Below the pieces are notes generated by a model. That model ran no database searches. It was not told where the DNA came from and worked only from the letters and a program-made list of their open reading frames with translations. A stretch of 64,000 nucleotides of DNA from assembly GCF_963921235.1 (NCBI RefSeq), contig NC_086097.1, positions 159,218,001 to 159,282,000 of the forward strand, given 5' to 3'. Shown here piece after piece: positions 21,476 to 33,582 of the stretch. Numbering within the stretch: the first letter of the stretch is position 1; every line of letters starts with the position of its first letter. The position numbers and the translations under genes were made by a program. The DNA is from Mobula hypostoma (taxonomy: Eukaryota).

Positions 21476-22988
21476 GAGGGGAGGGAAGAGATTGCTGAGC
21501 CTCTGGCTAGGATCTTTATGTCCTCGTTGTCCACGGGAATGGTACCGGAGGATTGGAGGGAGGCAAATGCTGTCCCATTGTTCAAAAAAGGTAGTAGGGA
21601 TAGTCCGGGTAATTATAGACCAGTGAGCCTTACCTCTGTGGTGGGAAAGCTGTTGGAAAAGATTCTAAGAGATAGGATCTATGGGCATTTAGAGAATCAT
21701 GGTCTGATCAGGGACAGTCAGCATGGCTTTGTGAAGGGCAAATCATGTCTAACAAGCCTGATAGAGTTCTTTGAGGAGGTCACCACGCATATTAATGAGG
21801 GTAGTGCAGTGGATGTGATCTATATGGATTTTAGTAAGGCATTTGACAAGGTTCCACACGGTACGCTTATTCAGAGAGTCAGAAGGCATGGGATCCAGGA
21901 AAGTTTGGCCAGGTGGATTCAGAATTGGCTTGCCTGCAGAAGGCAGAGGGTCATGGTGGAGGGAGTACATTCAGATTGGAGGATTGCGACTAGTGGTGTC
22001 CCACAAGGATCTGTTCTGGGACCTCTACTTTTTGTGATTTTTATTAACGACCTGGATGTGGGGGTAGAAGGGTGGGTTGGCAAGTTTGCAGATGACACAA
22101 AGGTTGGTGGTGTTGTAGATAGTGTAGAGGATTGTCAAAGATTGCAGAGAAACATTGATAGGTTGCAGAAGTTAGTGGGCTGAAAAGTGGCAGATGGAGT
22201 ACAACCCGGAGAAGTGTGAGGTGGTACACTTTGGAAGGACAAACCCCAAGGCAGAGTACAAAGTAAATGGCAGGATATTTGGTAGTGTGGAGGAGCAGAA
22301 GAATCTGGGGGTACATGTCCACAGATCCCTGAAAGTTGCCTCACAGGTGGATAGGGTAGTTAAGAAAGCTTATGGGGTGTTAGCTTTCATGAGTCGAGGG
22401 GTAGAGTTTAAGAGTCGCGATGTAATGAAGCAGCTCTATAAAACTCTGGTTAGGCCACATTTGGAGTACTGTGTCCAATTCTGGTCGCCTCACTATAGGA
22501 AGGATGTGGAAGCATTGGAAAGGGTACAGAGGAGATTTGCCAAGATGCTGCCTGGTTTAGAGAGTATGCATTATGATCAGAGATTAAGGGAGCTAGGGCT
22601 TTACTCTTTGGAGAGAAGGAGGATGAGAGGAGACATGATAGAGGTGTACAAGATAATAAGAGGAATAGATAGAGTGGATAGCCAGCGCCTCTTCCCCCGG
22701 GCACCACTGCTCAATCCAAGAGGACATGGCTTTAAGGTAAGGGGTGGAAAGTTCAAGGGGGATATTAGAGGAAGGTTTTTTACTCAGAGAGTGGTTGGTG
22801 CGTGGAATGCACTGCCTGAGTCAATGGTGGAGGCAGATACACTCGTGAAGTTTAAGAGACTACTAGACAGGTATATGGAGGAATTTAAGTTGGGGGCTTA
22901 TATGGGAGGCAGGGTTTGAGGGTCGGCACAACATTGTGGGCGAAAGGGCCTGTACTGTGCTTTACTATTCTATGTTCTATGTTCTATA
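21476..22988 (+). mobile_element. Young 5'-truncated CR1 LINE (RT and C-terminus)
   Basis: ORFs 21518-22183 and 22194-22919 (NYRPVSLTS, DFSKAFDKVPH, SGVPQGSVLGP, FADD, RPHLEYCVQFW) separated by one frameshift. Tail (ttctatg)n. Confidence 0.95.
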
Positions 22989-23699
22989 TATCAGTATTGA
23001 AATTATTATATCATTTGCCTTTGAAGATACCATTCTCTTGATACTATATATGAATGTTTGTCTAAAATTAACAAATATAACACTCAATGCAGCATGTTAT
23101 GAATTGTCTCTGGCTATTCTTTAGTTATTTTGACCAATTCTATTTTCACTTGTTACTGTTGCTTTAACTATACTCTTTGCTAAAGTGCTACATTCTTTTA
23201 CTATTTCAAAATACTTAAAAGGTTGTTACTTTTGTTTTTCTTTCATGTGTATTCTAATTTTGATAAGAGCTGGAGAACTTCAAGAAAAATTTTACTGAAT
23301 GGAAACAAGTGCTGAAGGTGATTTACTCTGTTCTGAAAAGACCAGATTTCAAAAGCAGGCACAATGCAAACTGGTCAAAGTTCTCACACATCAAAATTGC
23401 CTCTAATATTTGATACCAGGGTCCTGGAGCAACATTCAAGTGAAGGCACATTGGATTTAAATATACATCATACTTAAAACGGTTAACTTACCAATTTTTG
23501 AAACTACGATTTTATTGCAATTCCATTGTTCATTTGAATTAGCTGAGGCTATTATTCAGTTCTGACAGTGTCAGAATTTTCATTCCTTAGAAGATGCTGA
23601 CAGCTTGAAAATTGACAAGGTGATGTTACACAACAGAGAGGGAAAGATGAATTTTTCATAGGCAGAGGAATGGAGAACTGAATTGCATGTGAGGGAAGT

Positions 23700-25860
23700 T
23701 TTTGTCCAGGAAGGAACAGCTGGCTTTTGCATGACATTTTTTTCCAGCAGCTTGTATGTGAAGATCATTAGGAAACAAATTGGAAGGATGTGAAAAGCCA
23801 TGGAGTAGTGAAAATGAGGGGTTTCAACTAGTAGCAAGGCATCAAACAATGCAAAACAAGTGGAGCAAGTATCAGTGGGGAACATTTAAAAATAAACCAC
23901 AATCAAAATATTAATTGGATTAGAATAGCCAGAGGTAGGGAAATAAACCACTCCAGGTGGAAACTGTCAATTAAAGAATGGCCATTTTCAATGGGAAAAG
24001 GATGGATATCGCCTGAGTAAATTGGAATCTATTTTAGGTAGGTGAATTAGTGTCAAATAATGACAGGCCATTAAAGTGGATGTGTTTCAGATGTAGCATG
24101 TTCTCAGGAAGGAGAATGATGGTGGAATTAAAAAACAAAGGTACACAAATAGTCAAAAATATAGAGAGTAAATACACCACAAAAAGACAATGTACAAGCC
24201 AGAGAATGGTTTATCAAATCTGAGAACCAAGATGGTCATAGGAAGTTAATGGTGAGTATTGAGAATCAGCAAACATGAAAGTGAATGCAAAAATATTTTA
24301 TGGTGTACAAATATGAAAAGTGTTGCAGATGGAAAAATGATCAGGGATCAATGGGAAAATCTACATAAGGGACTGAATTGCCAAATGAGTAACTAACATT
24401 TATTTTCACGAAGGAAGAAGATACTACTGGAAGATCAGGGAAGGAATGCATAATTGAGGTCTTGTGTATTTAGACTGGGTAGTGGGGGAATTTATTGAAA
24501 TAATATTCAATTACAACAATTTCAAAAGTTAAAGATGTGAATTGATTACAGAAAACCAGCATGGGATTGTTAAAGTTAATTAAAATCCAACTAACTTGAT
24601 AAAGTTGAAGATCAAAAAACTGCATATAGTGAATATCTGAATTATAAACAGAAAATATTGGAAACACTCATCAGGGAATAAGGAATGCCTTTGATAGGGT
24701 AAGCTCAGAGATAATATGATGATGCAGAGGAGCTTTTTGAGGAAGTTACCAGGAACATGGATGAAGGCAAGACAGTGGGTGTTACTTATGGGACTTTAAC
24801 ACAACATTTGACAAGGTCCTGTGTGGGAGGTTAGTCAAAAAAGTTCAGTCACTTGTCATTCAAGATGAAGTAGTAAATTGGATTAGACTTTGACTTTGTG
24901 GGAGAAGCCAGAGAGTGGAAGTAGATGGTTGCCTCTGACTGGAGGCCTGTGACTAGTGGTGTGCTGCAGGGATCAGTGCTGGGTACTTTGCTGTTTGTCA
25001 TTTACATCAATAATCTGGATGATTATGTAGTCAGCTGGATCAACAAATTTGTGGATGATACCAAGATTGGGGCTGTAGTGGGCAGCAAGGAATGTTATTA
25101 TAGCTTGCAGAGGGGTCTGCATCAGCTGGCAAAATGGTTTGAAAAATGGAAGGTGAAATTTAATGCAGATTTTGCACTTTGGAAGGATCAACCAAGATAG
25201 TTCTTACACAGTGAATGGTAGGGCACTGAGGAGTGTGCTAGAAAAAAAACGGATCTGGGAATACAGGTCCAAGCGGCATTGTGTGCAGATATGGTCATAA
25301 AGAAATCTTTTGGCACATCGGCCTTCATAAATAAATGTATTGAGAACAGGAGATGGAATGTTATGTTGAAGTTGTACAAGATGTTGGTGAGGTGTAATTT
25401 GGAGTATTGTGTGCAGTTTTGAAATGTATAAACAACATTGAAAGAGTATAGAGAAAATTTACAAGGATGTTGGAGGACCTGAATTGCAAGGAAAGATTGA
25501 CAGACTGTATTCCTTAGAATTTAGAGGAGATTTGAGAGAGGTAAACAACATTGAGGGATATAAATAGGGTAAATGCAAGTAGGAGTTTTCCACTGGGTTG
25601 GGTGGGATTACAACCTGAAGGTCATAGGCTAAGGGTGAAAGGTCAAACGCTAAGGGGAGCATGAGGGCAAACTTCTTCACTCAGAGGATGGAATGAGATG
25701 CCAGCACAAGTGGTCCATGCAAGCTTGCTTTCTAAGTTTGGATAGGTACATATGGTAGGTGTATGGAGGATTATGGTCTTGGTGCAGGCCAATGGGAGTA
25801 TGTAGTTTAAATGGTTTTGGCAAGGACTAGAAGGGCTGAAGGGCCTGTTTCTGTGCTCAC
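23700..25860 (+). mobile_element. Degraded CR1 LINE fragments (an older 23700-24700 piece and a 24730-25860 RT/3' piece)
   Basis: ORF 24925-25200 ([24 protein letters not shown]...KFVDDTKIG). CR1-like 3' end gggctgaagggcctgtttctgtgct. The upstream part is only weakly recognisable. Confidence 0.75.
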
Positions 25861-26144
25861 TTTTCTGAGGTGATGGATTAATTGGAGGGCAGTTACAGCA
25901 TTGAAATATAAGCAAGGCAGTGCAAAACATTATGAAATACAGGGTTGCAGAACATGCCTAACAAGTTAGGCTGTATTAATGAGAGAAATTTTGATACTGA
26001 GAAAAAATGCAATAATTTTAGATGACTAAGTTTTGTTCATCTTTGCCAAATCTTTCCATTTCTGCTGTATCATTTATCTATCCATTATATTGACTCAACC
26101 TTTCTTTCTATTAGCATATTCTGATCTAAGGTGAGGTCAATCCA

Positions 26145-27075
26145 GACAATGGATTCCAGTTATCTGAGTCATCAGTTAATCCGAGCAGCCGCTTATTTGG
26201 GATAACTCTCAAAGAATAAAAAAAATCAAGAAAATAGCCAGGACTTTTTCCATGTATTTGGCATATTATGCAACTTAACTAGGGCAGAAATTGGTCAGTC
26301 ACTTTTGTGCCCGTTAGAAACTATACTGTGCATACAGCGATCAGCTGCTTGTGTTATATTATCTATTTGGGCTGACGGATTCCAATTCAAAAAGCAGTGG
26401 TTTTTGATTTTTGACACCTTTGCCAAGATGTCACAAAAAGATTTGACACTGGCTGAAAAAATTACCCTACTGGACCAAATTAAAAGCCACCAGTCTAATA
26501 CCACTCATTGTCAGCTGGCAGAGATAACTAGAGTGCTGAAATCTGCAATTGCACACTTGATACATCAGCAAGAATACAGCGAGAAGAATGTGTATTACAC
26601 CAGGGACAACGGGGACATCCCAAAAATGAGAGCATGAAAGTAAGGAGCCAGCTGTCAAAAAGGCAATGCAACTGGATGAGAGATGCATGTCAGTGGACCA
26701 GTGTTAAAAATCAAGACAGAGGAGGTAGTTAAGAAGCTGGGTCATGAAGGTTTAAAACAACAGATGGTTGGTTCTTTTGATGGAAATGTAGGCACCAAAT
26801 TAAATTCAAGAAAGCACCCAGCAAGAAAGTTAATGCTGATGCTGCAAGTTCAGAAACATTGAAATCTTCAAAACTCCCTGATGATGTTTACAATGCTGAT
26901 GAAACAGACTTTTTTTTTATTGTGCCATGCTGCACAGTTCTTTGTTACAAACATGCAACACCATCAGGTTCAAGGAAAGCAATGGTTTGTGTTGTGTGAC
27001 TATGTCAGGAAATGATATATTTAAAAAAATAAATTCTTGGCTATTGAGGGGGGAAAATGTTAAACCTCTGCTTTA
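26145..27075 (+). mobile_element. Degraded Tigger/pogo transposase remnant
   Basis: KDLTLAEKITLLDQIK (CENP-B-type HTH start, ORF 26305-26637). GW..WKCRHQIKFKK-like stretch at about 26765-26815. DVYNADET motif at about 26883-26906. Confidence 0.7.
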
Positions 27076-28403
27076 ACTTCCATTGAGGATCATTGGGACC
27101 TCTTTTAGGGCAGGTGTGACCTGTACAAAAAGTACTGGTTGCACTTGAAACTGAGGGGTCCAACATTCTGACAGGAGGTTTGCTTAGGCTATTGGGGAGA
27201 ATCTAAACTAGAATGGCTGGGAACCAAACTGAAGAGATGGAGGAAGGGGCGGTTGGCTCACATATAGAGAAAGCTTGGAGACAGTACGAGAAGGAGGATA
27301 GGCAGGTGACAGAGAAGGGGTACGCTCGGACCAATGGTTTGAGATGTGTCTATTTTAATGCAAGAAGCATCATGAACAAAGTAGATGAGCTTAGAGCATA
27401 AATCAGTACTTGGAGCTATGATGTTGTGGCCATTAGAGACTTGGATAGTTTAGGGGCAGGAATGGTTACTTAGCCTGCCAGGCTTTAGATGTTTCAGAAA
27501 GGACAGGGAGGGAGGCAAAAGAGGTGGCGGCATGGCACTGCTGATCAGAGATAGTGTCACAGCTGCAGAAAAGAAGGAAGACATGGAGGGATGGTCTACT
27601 GAGTCTCTGTGGGTGGAAGTTAGAAACAGGAAGGGGATCAATAACTCTACTGGGTGTTTTTTATAGACCACCCGATAGTAACAGGGACATTGAGGAGCAG
27701 ATAGGGAGAGAGATCCTGGAAAGGTGTAATAATAACAGGATTGTAGGGGTTGGAGATTTTAATTTCTCAAGTATCGATTGGCATATCCCTAGAGCGAGGG
27801 GTTTAGATGGGGTGGAGTTTGTTAGGTGTGTTCAGGAAGGTTTCCTGACACAATGTGTAGCTAAGCCTACAAACTGTACTTGATCTGGTATTGGGAGATG
27901 AACCTGGTCAGGTGTCAGATCTCTTAGTGGGAGAGCATTTTGGAGATAGTGATCACAATTCTATTTCCTTTACCATAGCATTGGAGAAGGATAGGAACAG
28001 ACAAGTTAGGAAAATGTTTAATTGGAGTAAGGGGAAATATGAAGCTATCAGGCAGGAACTTGGAAGCATAAATTGGGAACAGGTGTTCTCGGGGAAATGT
28101 ACAGCAGAAATATGGCAAATGTTCAGGGATATTTGCGTGGCGTTCTGCATAGGTACATTCCAATGAGACTCGGAAAGGGTGGTAGGGGTACAGGAACTGT
28201 GGTGTACAAAGGCTGTTGAAAATCTAGTCAAGAAGAAAAGAAAAGCTCATGAAAGTTTCAAAGAACCAGATAATAATACAGATCTAGAGGACTATAAGGC
28301 TAGCAGGAAGGAGTTTAAGAATGAAATTAGGAGAGCCAGAAGGGGCCATGAGTAGGCCTTAGCGAGCAAGATTAAAGAAAACCCCAAGGCATTCTACAAG
28401 TAC

Positions 28404-30042
28404 CAGGTGTCCCCCGCTTTTCGAATGTTCGCTTTACGAAACCTCACTGTTACGAAAGACCTACATTAGTACCCTGTTTTCGCTTTCAGAAGGTGTTTTC
28501 ACTGTTACGAAGAAAGGCATCACGTGATAAAAAATCAGCGCGCGTAAAAATCAGCGCACGATAAAAGGCAGCACACGCCCCGAGCAGCCGCTCTTCCCGG
28601 GATTCAGAACTGCATTCTTGCCGGCATTGCTTAAACATGTTGCATTGAGCAGCCATTAGCAAGATAAGTTCAAGTTCTAAGGTGTTGGAAAAGCCTGAAA
28701 GAGCTCGTAAGGATGTTACACTTAGCGTAAAACTAGACATAATTAAGCGTTTCAATCGTGGTGAACGAAGCAAGGACAAAGTGAGTTTGGATTGTGGAAG
28801 CTGACAAAGATGATTTTGAAGAGGTTTTGGCATCCCATGACCAAGATCTGATAGATGAAGAGCTAATGCAGTTGGAAGAGGAAAGGATAACAATCGAAAC
28901 CAAATGCAATAGCGAAAGTAATGCAACTGCGTGAAATTTTCGCTGCAATGAGAAAGTACAATTTTAATTTTGAAAGGGTACATAGGTTTAGGGGATATTT
29001 TCAGGATGGTTTGAGTGCTTACAAAGAACTGTGTGACAGAAAAATGCGCGAGGCTCAGCAGTCAAGCAAGCCTTCCACATCAGCCACAGCAGACGACGAA
29101 CCTCGACCTTCGACATCGAGGCGGGCAGTCATAGGAGAAGATGAGCTGCCTGCTCTAATGGAAACAGACAATGAGATGGCACTCCCGTGTCCCACCACCC
29201 CAACCCCTAGGCCCCGGACAGATACTGTACCGATTCGTGGAGAATGCAGCGGTAGCTGGGAGGCACACAACACATCTTTAAGAAAAAAGCCGAAATAAAC
29301 AGGCTAATTAATTAGGTGCCGCCCGGCACGTAATTGTCGGCCCAGATCAGAGATGATTACCGATTGCGTCGCCTCTGATCTGGGCTGACATTTACGTGCT
29401 GGGCAGCACCTAATTAATTAGCATGTTTATTTCGGCTTTTTTCTTAAGGATGTGCTGTGTGTCTCCTGGCTACCGCTGCATTCTTCGCGGCAATGTATCG
29501 GGACGGCGGCCTGGAGGGTGGGGGCCACTGCACCACCCCAACCTGTGACGACTCAGTCTAACACACCATCATCAGTGTGCTCGGCACTGTTTTCCCAATT
29601 CTGGTAAGTGATACTACATTGTACATATATTATTTCTACTTTATACAGGCTGTGTATTTTTACGTGTTATTTGGTAGGTTTGGCGGCTTCATAGTTTACC
29701 GGAGAGCGCGTTTATGCCAACAGCGCTTGCGTGAGATTTTCTGCCGAGAGCGCTTGCGTGAGGTTTTTGCTACGGAGATCTTTGCAGGCAATCACTGTAG
29801 AGAAGTATTTCTACTTTACATAGGCTGTGTATTTATCATATAATTCCTGCTTTTACTATATGTTACTGTTATTTTAGGTTTATGTGTTACTTGGCATGAT
29901 TTGTTAGGTTATTTTTGGGTCTGCGAACGCTCACAAAATTTTCCCATATAAATAAATGGTAATTGCTTCTTCGCTTTACGACATTCCGGCTTATGAACCG
30001 TTTCATAGGAACGCTCTACCTTCGGATGGTGGGGGAAACCTG
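28404..30042 (+). mobile_element. Non-autonomous Tigger-like DNA transposon
   Basis: TIRs caggtgtcccccgc / ggtgggggaaacctg, flanked by TA (28401-28402, one base off the left TIR, and 30043-30044). Removal restores the CR1 FYKYV sequence. Internal remnants RKDVTLSVKLDIIKRFNRGERSKD joined to acidic C-terminal EEVLASHDQDLIDEELMQLEEE. Confidence 0.85.
29241..29484. repeat. Long inverted repeat (about 112-bp arms, 20-nt spacer)
   Basis: agaatgcagcggtagc...taattaattaggtgc...cccagatcagag (29241-29352) pairs with ctctgatctggg...gcacctaattaatta...gctaccgctgcattct (29373-29484). Confidence 0.92.
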
Positions 30043-31107
30043 TATGTGGAAAAATAACAGGATAAGACATGAGAGAATAGGACCAGTCAAGTGTGACAGT
30101 GGAAAAGTGTTTGTGGAACAGGAGGATATAGCTGAAGTACTTAATGACTACTTTGCTTCAGTATTCACTATGGAAAAGGATCTTGGCAATTGCAAGGATG
30201 ACTTGCAGCAGGTTGAAAAGCTTGGGCATATAGACATTAAGGAAGAGGATGTGCTGGAGCTTTTGGAAAGCATCAAGTTGGATGTCACTGGGACTGGATG
30301 AGATGTACCCCAGGCTACTGTGGGAGGCGAGGGAGGAGATTGCTGAGCCTCTGGCGATGATCTTTGTATCATCAATGGAGACGGGGGGAGGTTTTGGAGG
30401 ATTGGAAGGTTGCAGGTATTGCTCCCTTATTCAAGAAATGGAGTATAGATAGCCCAGGACATTATAGACCAGTGCATCTTATTTCAGTGGTTGGTAAATT
30501 AATGAAAAAGATCCTGAGAGTCAGGATTTATGAACATTTGGAGAGGCATAATATGATTAGGAATAGTCAGCATGACATTGTCAAAAGCAGGTCATGTCTT
30601 ACGAGCCTGATTGAATTATTTTGAAGATGTGACTGAACACGTTGATTAAGGTAGAGCAGTAGATGTAGTGTACGTGGATTTCAGCAAGGTATTTGATAAA
30701 GTGACCTATGCAAGGCTTGCTGAGAAAGTCAGGAGGCATGGGATCCAAGGGGGCATTACTTTGTAGATCCAGAATTGGCTTGCCCACAGAAGTCAAGGAG
30801 TTGTAGACAGTTCATATTCTGCATGGAGGTCGGTGACCAGTGGTGTGCCTCAGGGATCTGCTCTGGGACCCCTTCTCTTCATGAATTTTATAATTAACTG
30901 GGATGAGGAAGTGGAGGGATGGGTTAGTAAATTTGCTGATGACACAAAGGTTGGGGGTGTTGTGGATAGTGTGGAGGGCTGTCAGAAGTTACAGCAGGAT
31001 GATGCGATGCAAAACTAAGCTGAGAGGTGGCAGATGGAGTTCAACTCAGATAAGTGTGAGGTGGTTCATTTTGGTAGGTCAAATATGATGGCAGAATATA
31101 GTATTAA

Positions 31108-32228
31108 TAGTCATAGTCATAGTCATACTTTATTGATCCCAGGGGAAATTGGTTTTCGTTATAGTTGCACCATAAATAATTAAATAGTAATAAAACCATA
31201 AATAGTTAAATAGTAATATGTAAATTATGCCAGGAAATAAGTCCAGGACCAGCCTATTGGCTCAGGGTGTCTGACCATCCAAGGGAGGAGTTGTAAAGTT
31301 TGATGGCCACAGGCAGGAATGACTTCTTATGACGCTCTGTGCTGCATCTCGGTGGAATGAGTCTCTGGCTGAATGTACTCCTGTGCCCAACCAGTATGTT
31401 ATGTAATGGATGGGAGACATTGTCCAAGATGGCATGCAACTTGGACAGCATCCTCTTTTCAGACACCACCGTCAGAGAGTCCAGTTCCATCCCCACAACA
31501 TCACTGGCCTTACAGATGAGTTTGTTGATTCTGTTGGTGTCTGCTACCCTCAGCCTGCTGCCCCAGCACACAACAGCAAACGTGATAGCACTGGCCACCA
31601 CAGACTCGTAGAACATCCTCAGCATCATCCGGCAGATGTTAAAGGACCTCAGTCTCCTCAGGAAATAGAGACGGCTCTGACCCTTCTTGTAGACAGCCTC
31701 AGTGTTCTTAGACCAGTCCAGTTTATTGTCAATTCGTATCCCCAGGTATTTGCAATCCTCCACCATGTCCACACTGACCCCCTGGATGGAAACAGGGCTT
31801 GCTGGTACCTTAGCTCTCCTCAGGTCTACCACCAGCTCCTTAGACTTTTTCACGTTTCCTACCGTAGCCCTGTACTCAGCCTCATCTCCCTTGCTGATGT
31901 ATCCCACTATGGCAGAGTCATCAGAAAACTTCTGAAGATGACAAGACTCTGTGCAGTAGTTGAAGTCCGAGGTGTAAATGGCGAAGAGAAAGGGAGACAA
32001 GACAGCCCCCTGTGTAGCCCCAGTGCTGCTGATCACTCTGTTGGACACACAGTGTTGCAAGCACACGTACTGTGGTCTGCCAGTCAGGTAATCAAGAATC
32101 CATGACACCAGGAAAGCATCCACCTGCATCTCCATCAGCTTCTCCCCCAGCAGAGCAGGGCAGATAATGTTTTACGCACTGGAAAAGTCAAAAAACATGA
32201 CCCTCACAGTGCTCGCTGGCTTGCCCAG
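31108..32228 (-). mobile_element. Rex1/Babar-type LINE, 5'-truncated
   Basis: ORF 31254-32135 (WILDYLTGRPQYV, GATQGAVLSPFLF, KFSDDSAIVG, QSRLYFLRRLRSF). aataaa followed by a (tatgac)n tail on the minus strand at 31108-31134. Confidence 0.9.
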
Positions 32229-32584
32229 GGACCCTGATCAGACCCCACTTGGAATACTATGCTCAGTTCTGGTCACCTCACCACAGGAAGGATGTGGAAA
32301 CTATAGAAAGGGTGCAGAAGAGATTGACAAGGATGTTGCCTGGATTGGGGAGCATGCCTTATGAGAATAGGTTGAGTGAACTTGGCCTTTTCTCCTTGGA
32401 GTGACAGAGGATGAGAGGTGACCTGATAGAGGTTTATAAGGTGATGAGAGACATTGATCATGTGGATAGTCAAGGCTTTTCCCCAAGGCTGAAATGGCTA
32501 TCATGAGAGGGCACAGCTTTAAGGTGCTTGGAAGTAGGTACGGAGGAGATGTCAGGGTAAATTTTTGAGCAGCAGGACAATTTT

Positions 32585-32723
32585 GAGCAACACAGACAAA
32601 ATGTTGGAGGAACTCCTCTGGCCAGGCAGCATCTATGGGTGGAGGGGGGGGGGGAGAAAAGTACAATTGACATTTTAGGCCAAAGATTCCATAGATGCCA
32701 TCTGGCCTGCTGAGTTCCTTCAG

Positions 32724-32778
<55 letters not shown>

Positions 32779-32818
32779 TCAGATTTTGAGCATCTTCAGA
32801 TTTTTCTCTTGTTTGTGA
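32585..32818. mobile_element. Short palindromic element related to the Penelope 3' terminus, with expanded (GT)n at 32726-32777
   Basis: Arms ggaggaactc-tggccaggcagcatctatgg and ccatagatgc-tggcctgctgagttcc are inverted copies of each other and resemble 45240-45330. Confidence 0.75.
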
Positions 32819-33284
32819 GGACAATTTAAACTGTTTTCTTCCTTCAGATTCAAACATTCAGGCTTGGAGAGGCTGGAAATGGCCAAAAGTGAAAATGGAA
32901 CTATTTCACTACTTCAGCAAGTTAGGATCCATGCAGAATTTGAAGGTATCAACAATCATCTTAAATATTACGATCAAAATTTAAGATTTGAGAGATGCAA
33001 TTGTCTGAAGTATTGTATCAAAACAACAAACTGGTGAATATAAAGATAAGGAAAGTGATGAGGATAACATAACTGAACCTGAGTTGGTCATTACACATGA
33101 TGCCAGGAACCTTATTGATGCATTACAGCATTACTTCATGCAGGAAGGCAATGTAGGCAGTCAATTAGCTGCACTAGCTATCTGCACTGATTGTTCAATT
33201 ACAGTCAATCAAAAGAACACACCAGCGTACACTGAATGACTTGCTGTCAGTAAACATTTTTGTTTTTACTGGGAGGAGGAATTT

Positions 33285-33420
33285 GTGCTCATACCATCAG
33301 GTTGGAGGCTACCCAGACATAATACAAGGGTGGCCTCACTGTAGTTCAAGAGGAGGCCATGAACCAAAATATCAGAATGGGAATTGGAATCAAAATTAAA
33401 ATATTGGGCCACAGGGAAGT
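33285..33420 (-). mobile_element. Old Penelope GIY-YIG fragment
   Basis: ccatcaggttggaggctacccagac...gaggaggcc...tcagaatgggaa matches 110-260 with divergence. Confidence 0.75.
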
Positions 33421-33582
33421 AAAATATCTCTTAGTCAGAAGAGTAGTGTGCTGTTGACTTCCCTCATGTTACACAGCATGGGGAAGATTGATATTGTTAC
33501 CTTTGTCGAGAAGGACAACAAAAGGTTTAAAGAAGATTGATGGACAGAAGTCTGGTAGATGGAATTTAACACCATGACATAT

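Larger units (their letters stand above)
27080..32567 (+). mobile_element. Near full-length degraded CR1 LINE interrupted by a Tigger element and a Rex1/Babar LINE
   Basis: Endonuclease motifs (YFNARSIMNK, GVFYRPP, VGDFN, GDSDHN; 27340-28166), RT pieces (30045-31110; YRPVHLIS, SGVPQGSALGP, FADD) and C-terminus (32229-32567). Confidence 0.9.

Noticed and set aside
29700..29790. Short direct repeats (agcgcttgcgtgag) that might suggest a CRISPR-like array
   Set aside because: Two or three degenerate units inside a Tigger element, no regular unique spacers, eukaryotic context, no cas genes.
31410..32105. 231-aa plus-strand ORF
   Set aside because: Antisense to the Rex1/Babar RT ORF, with no independent evidence.
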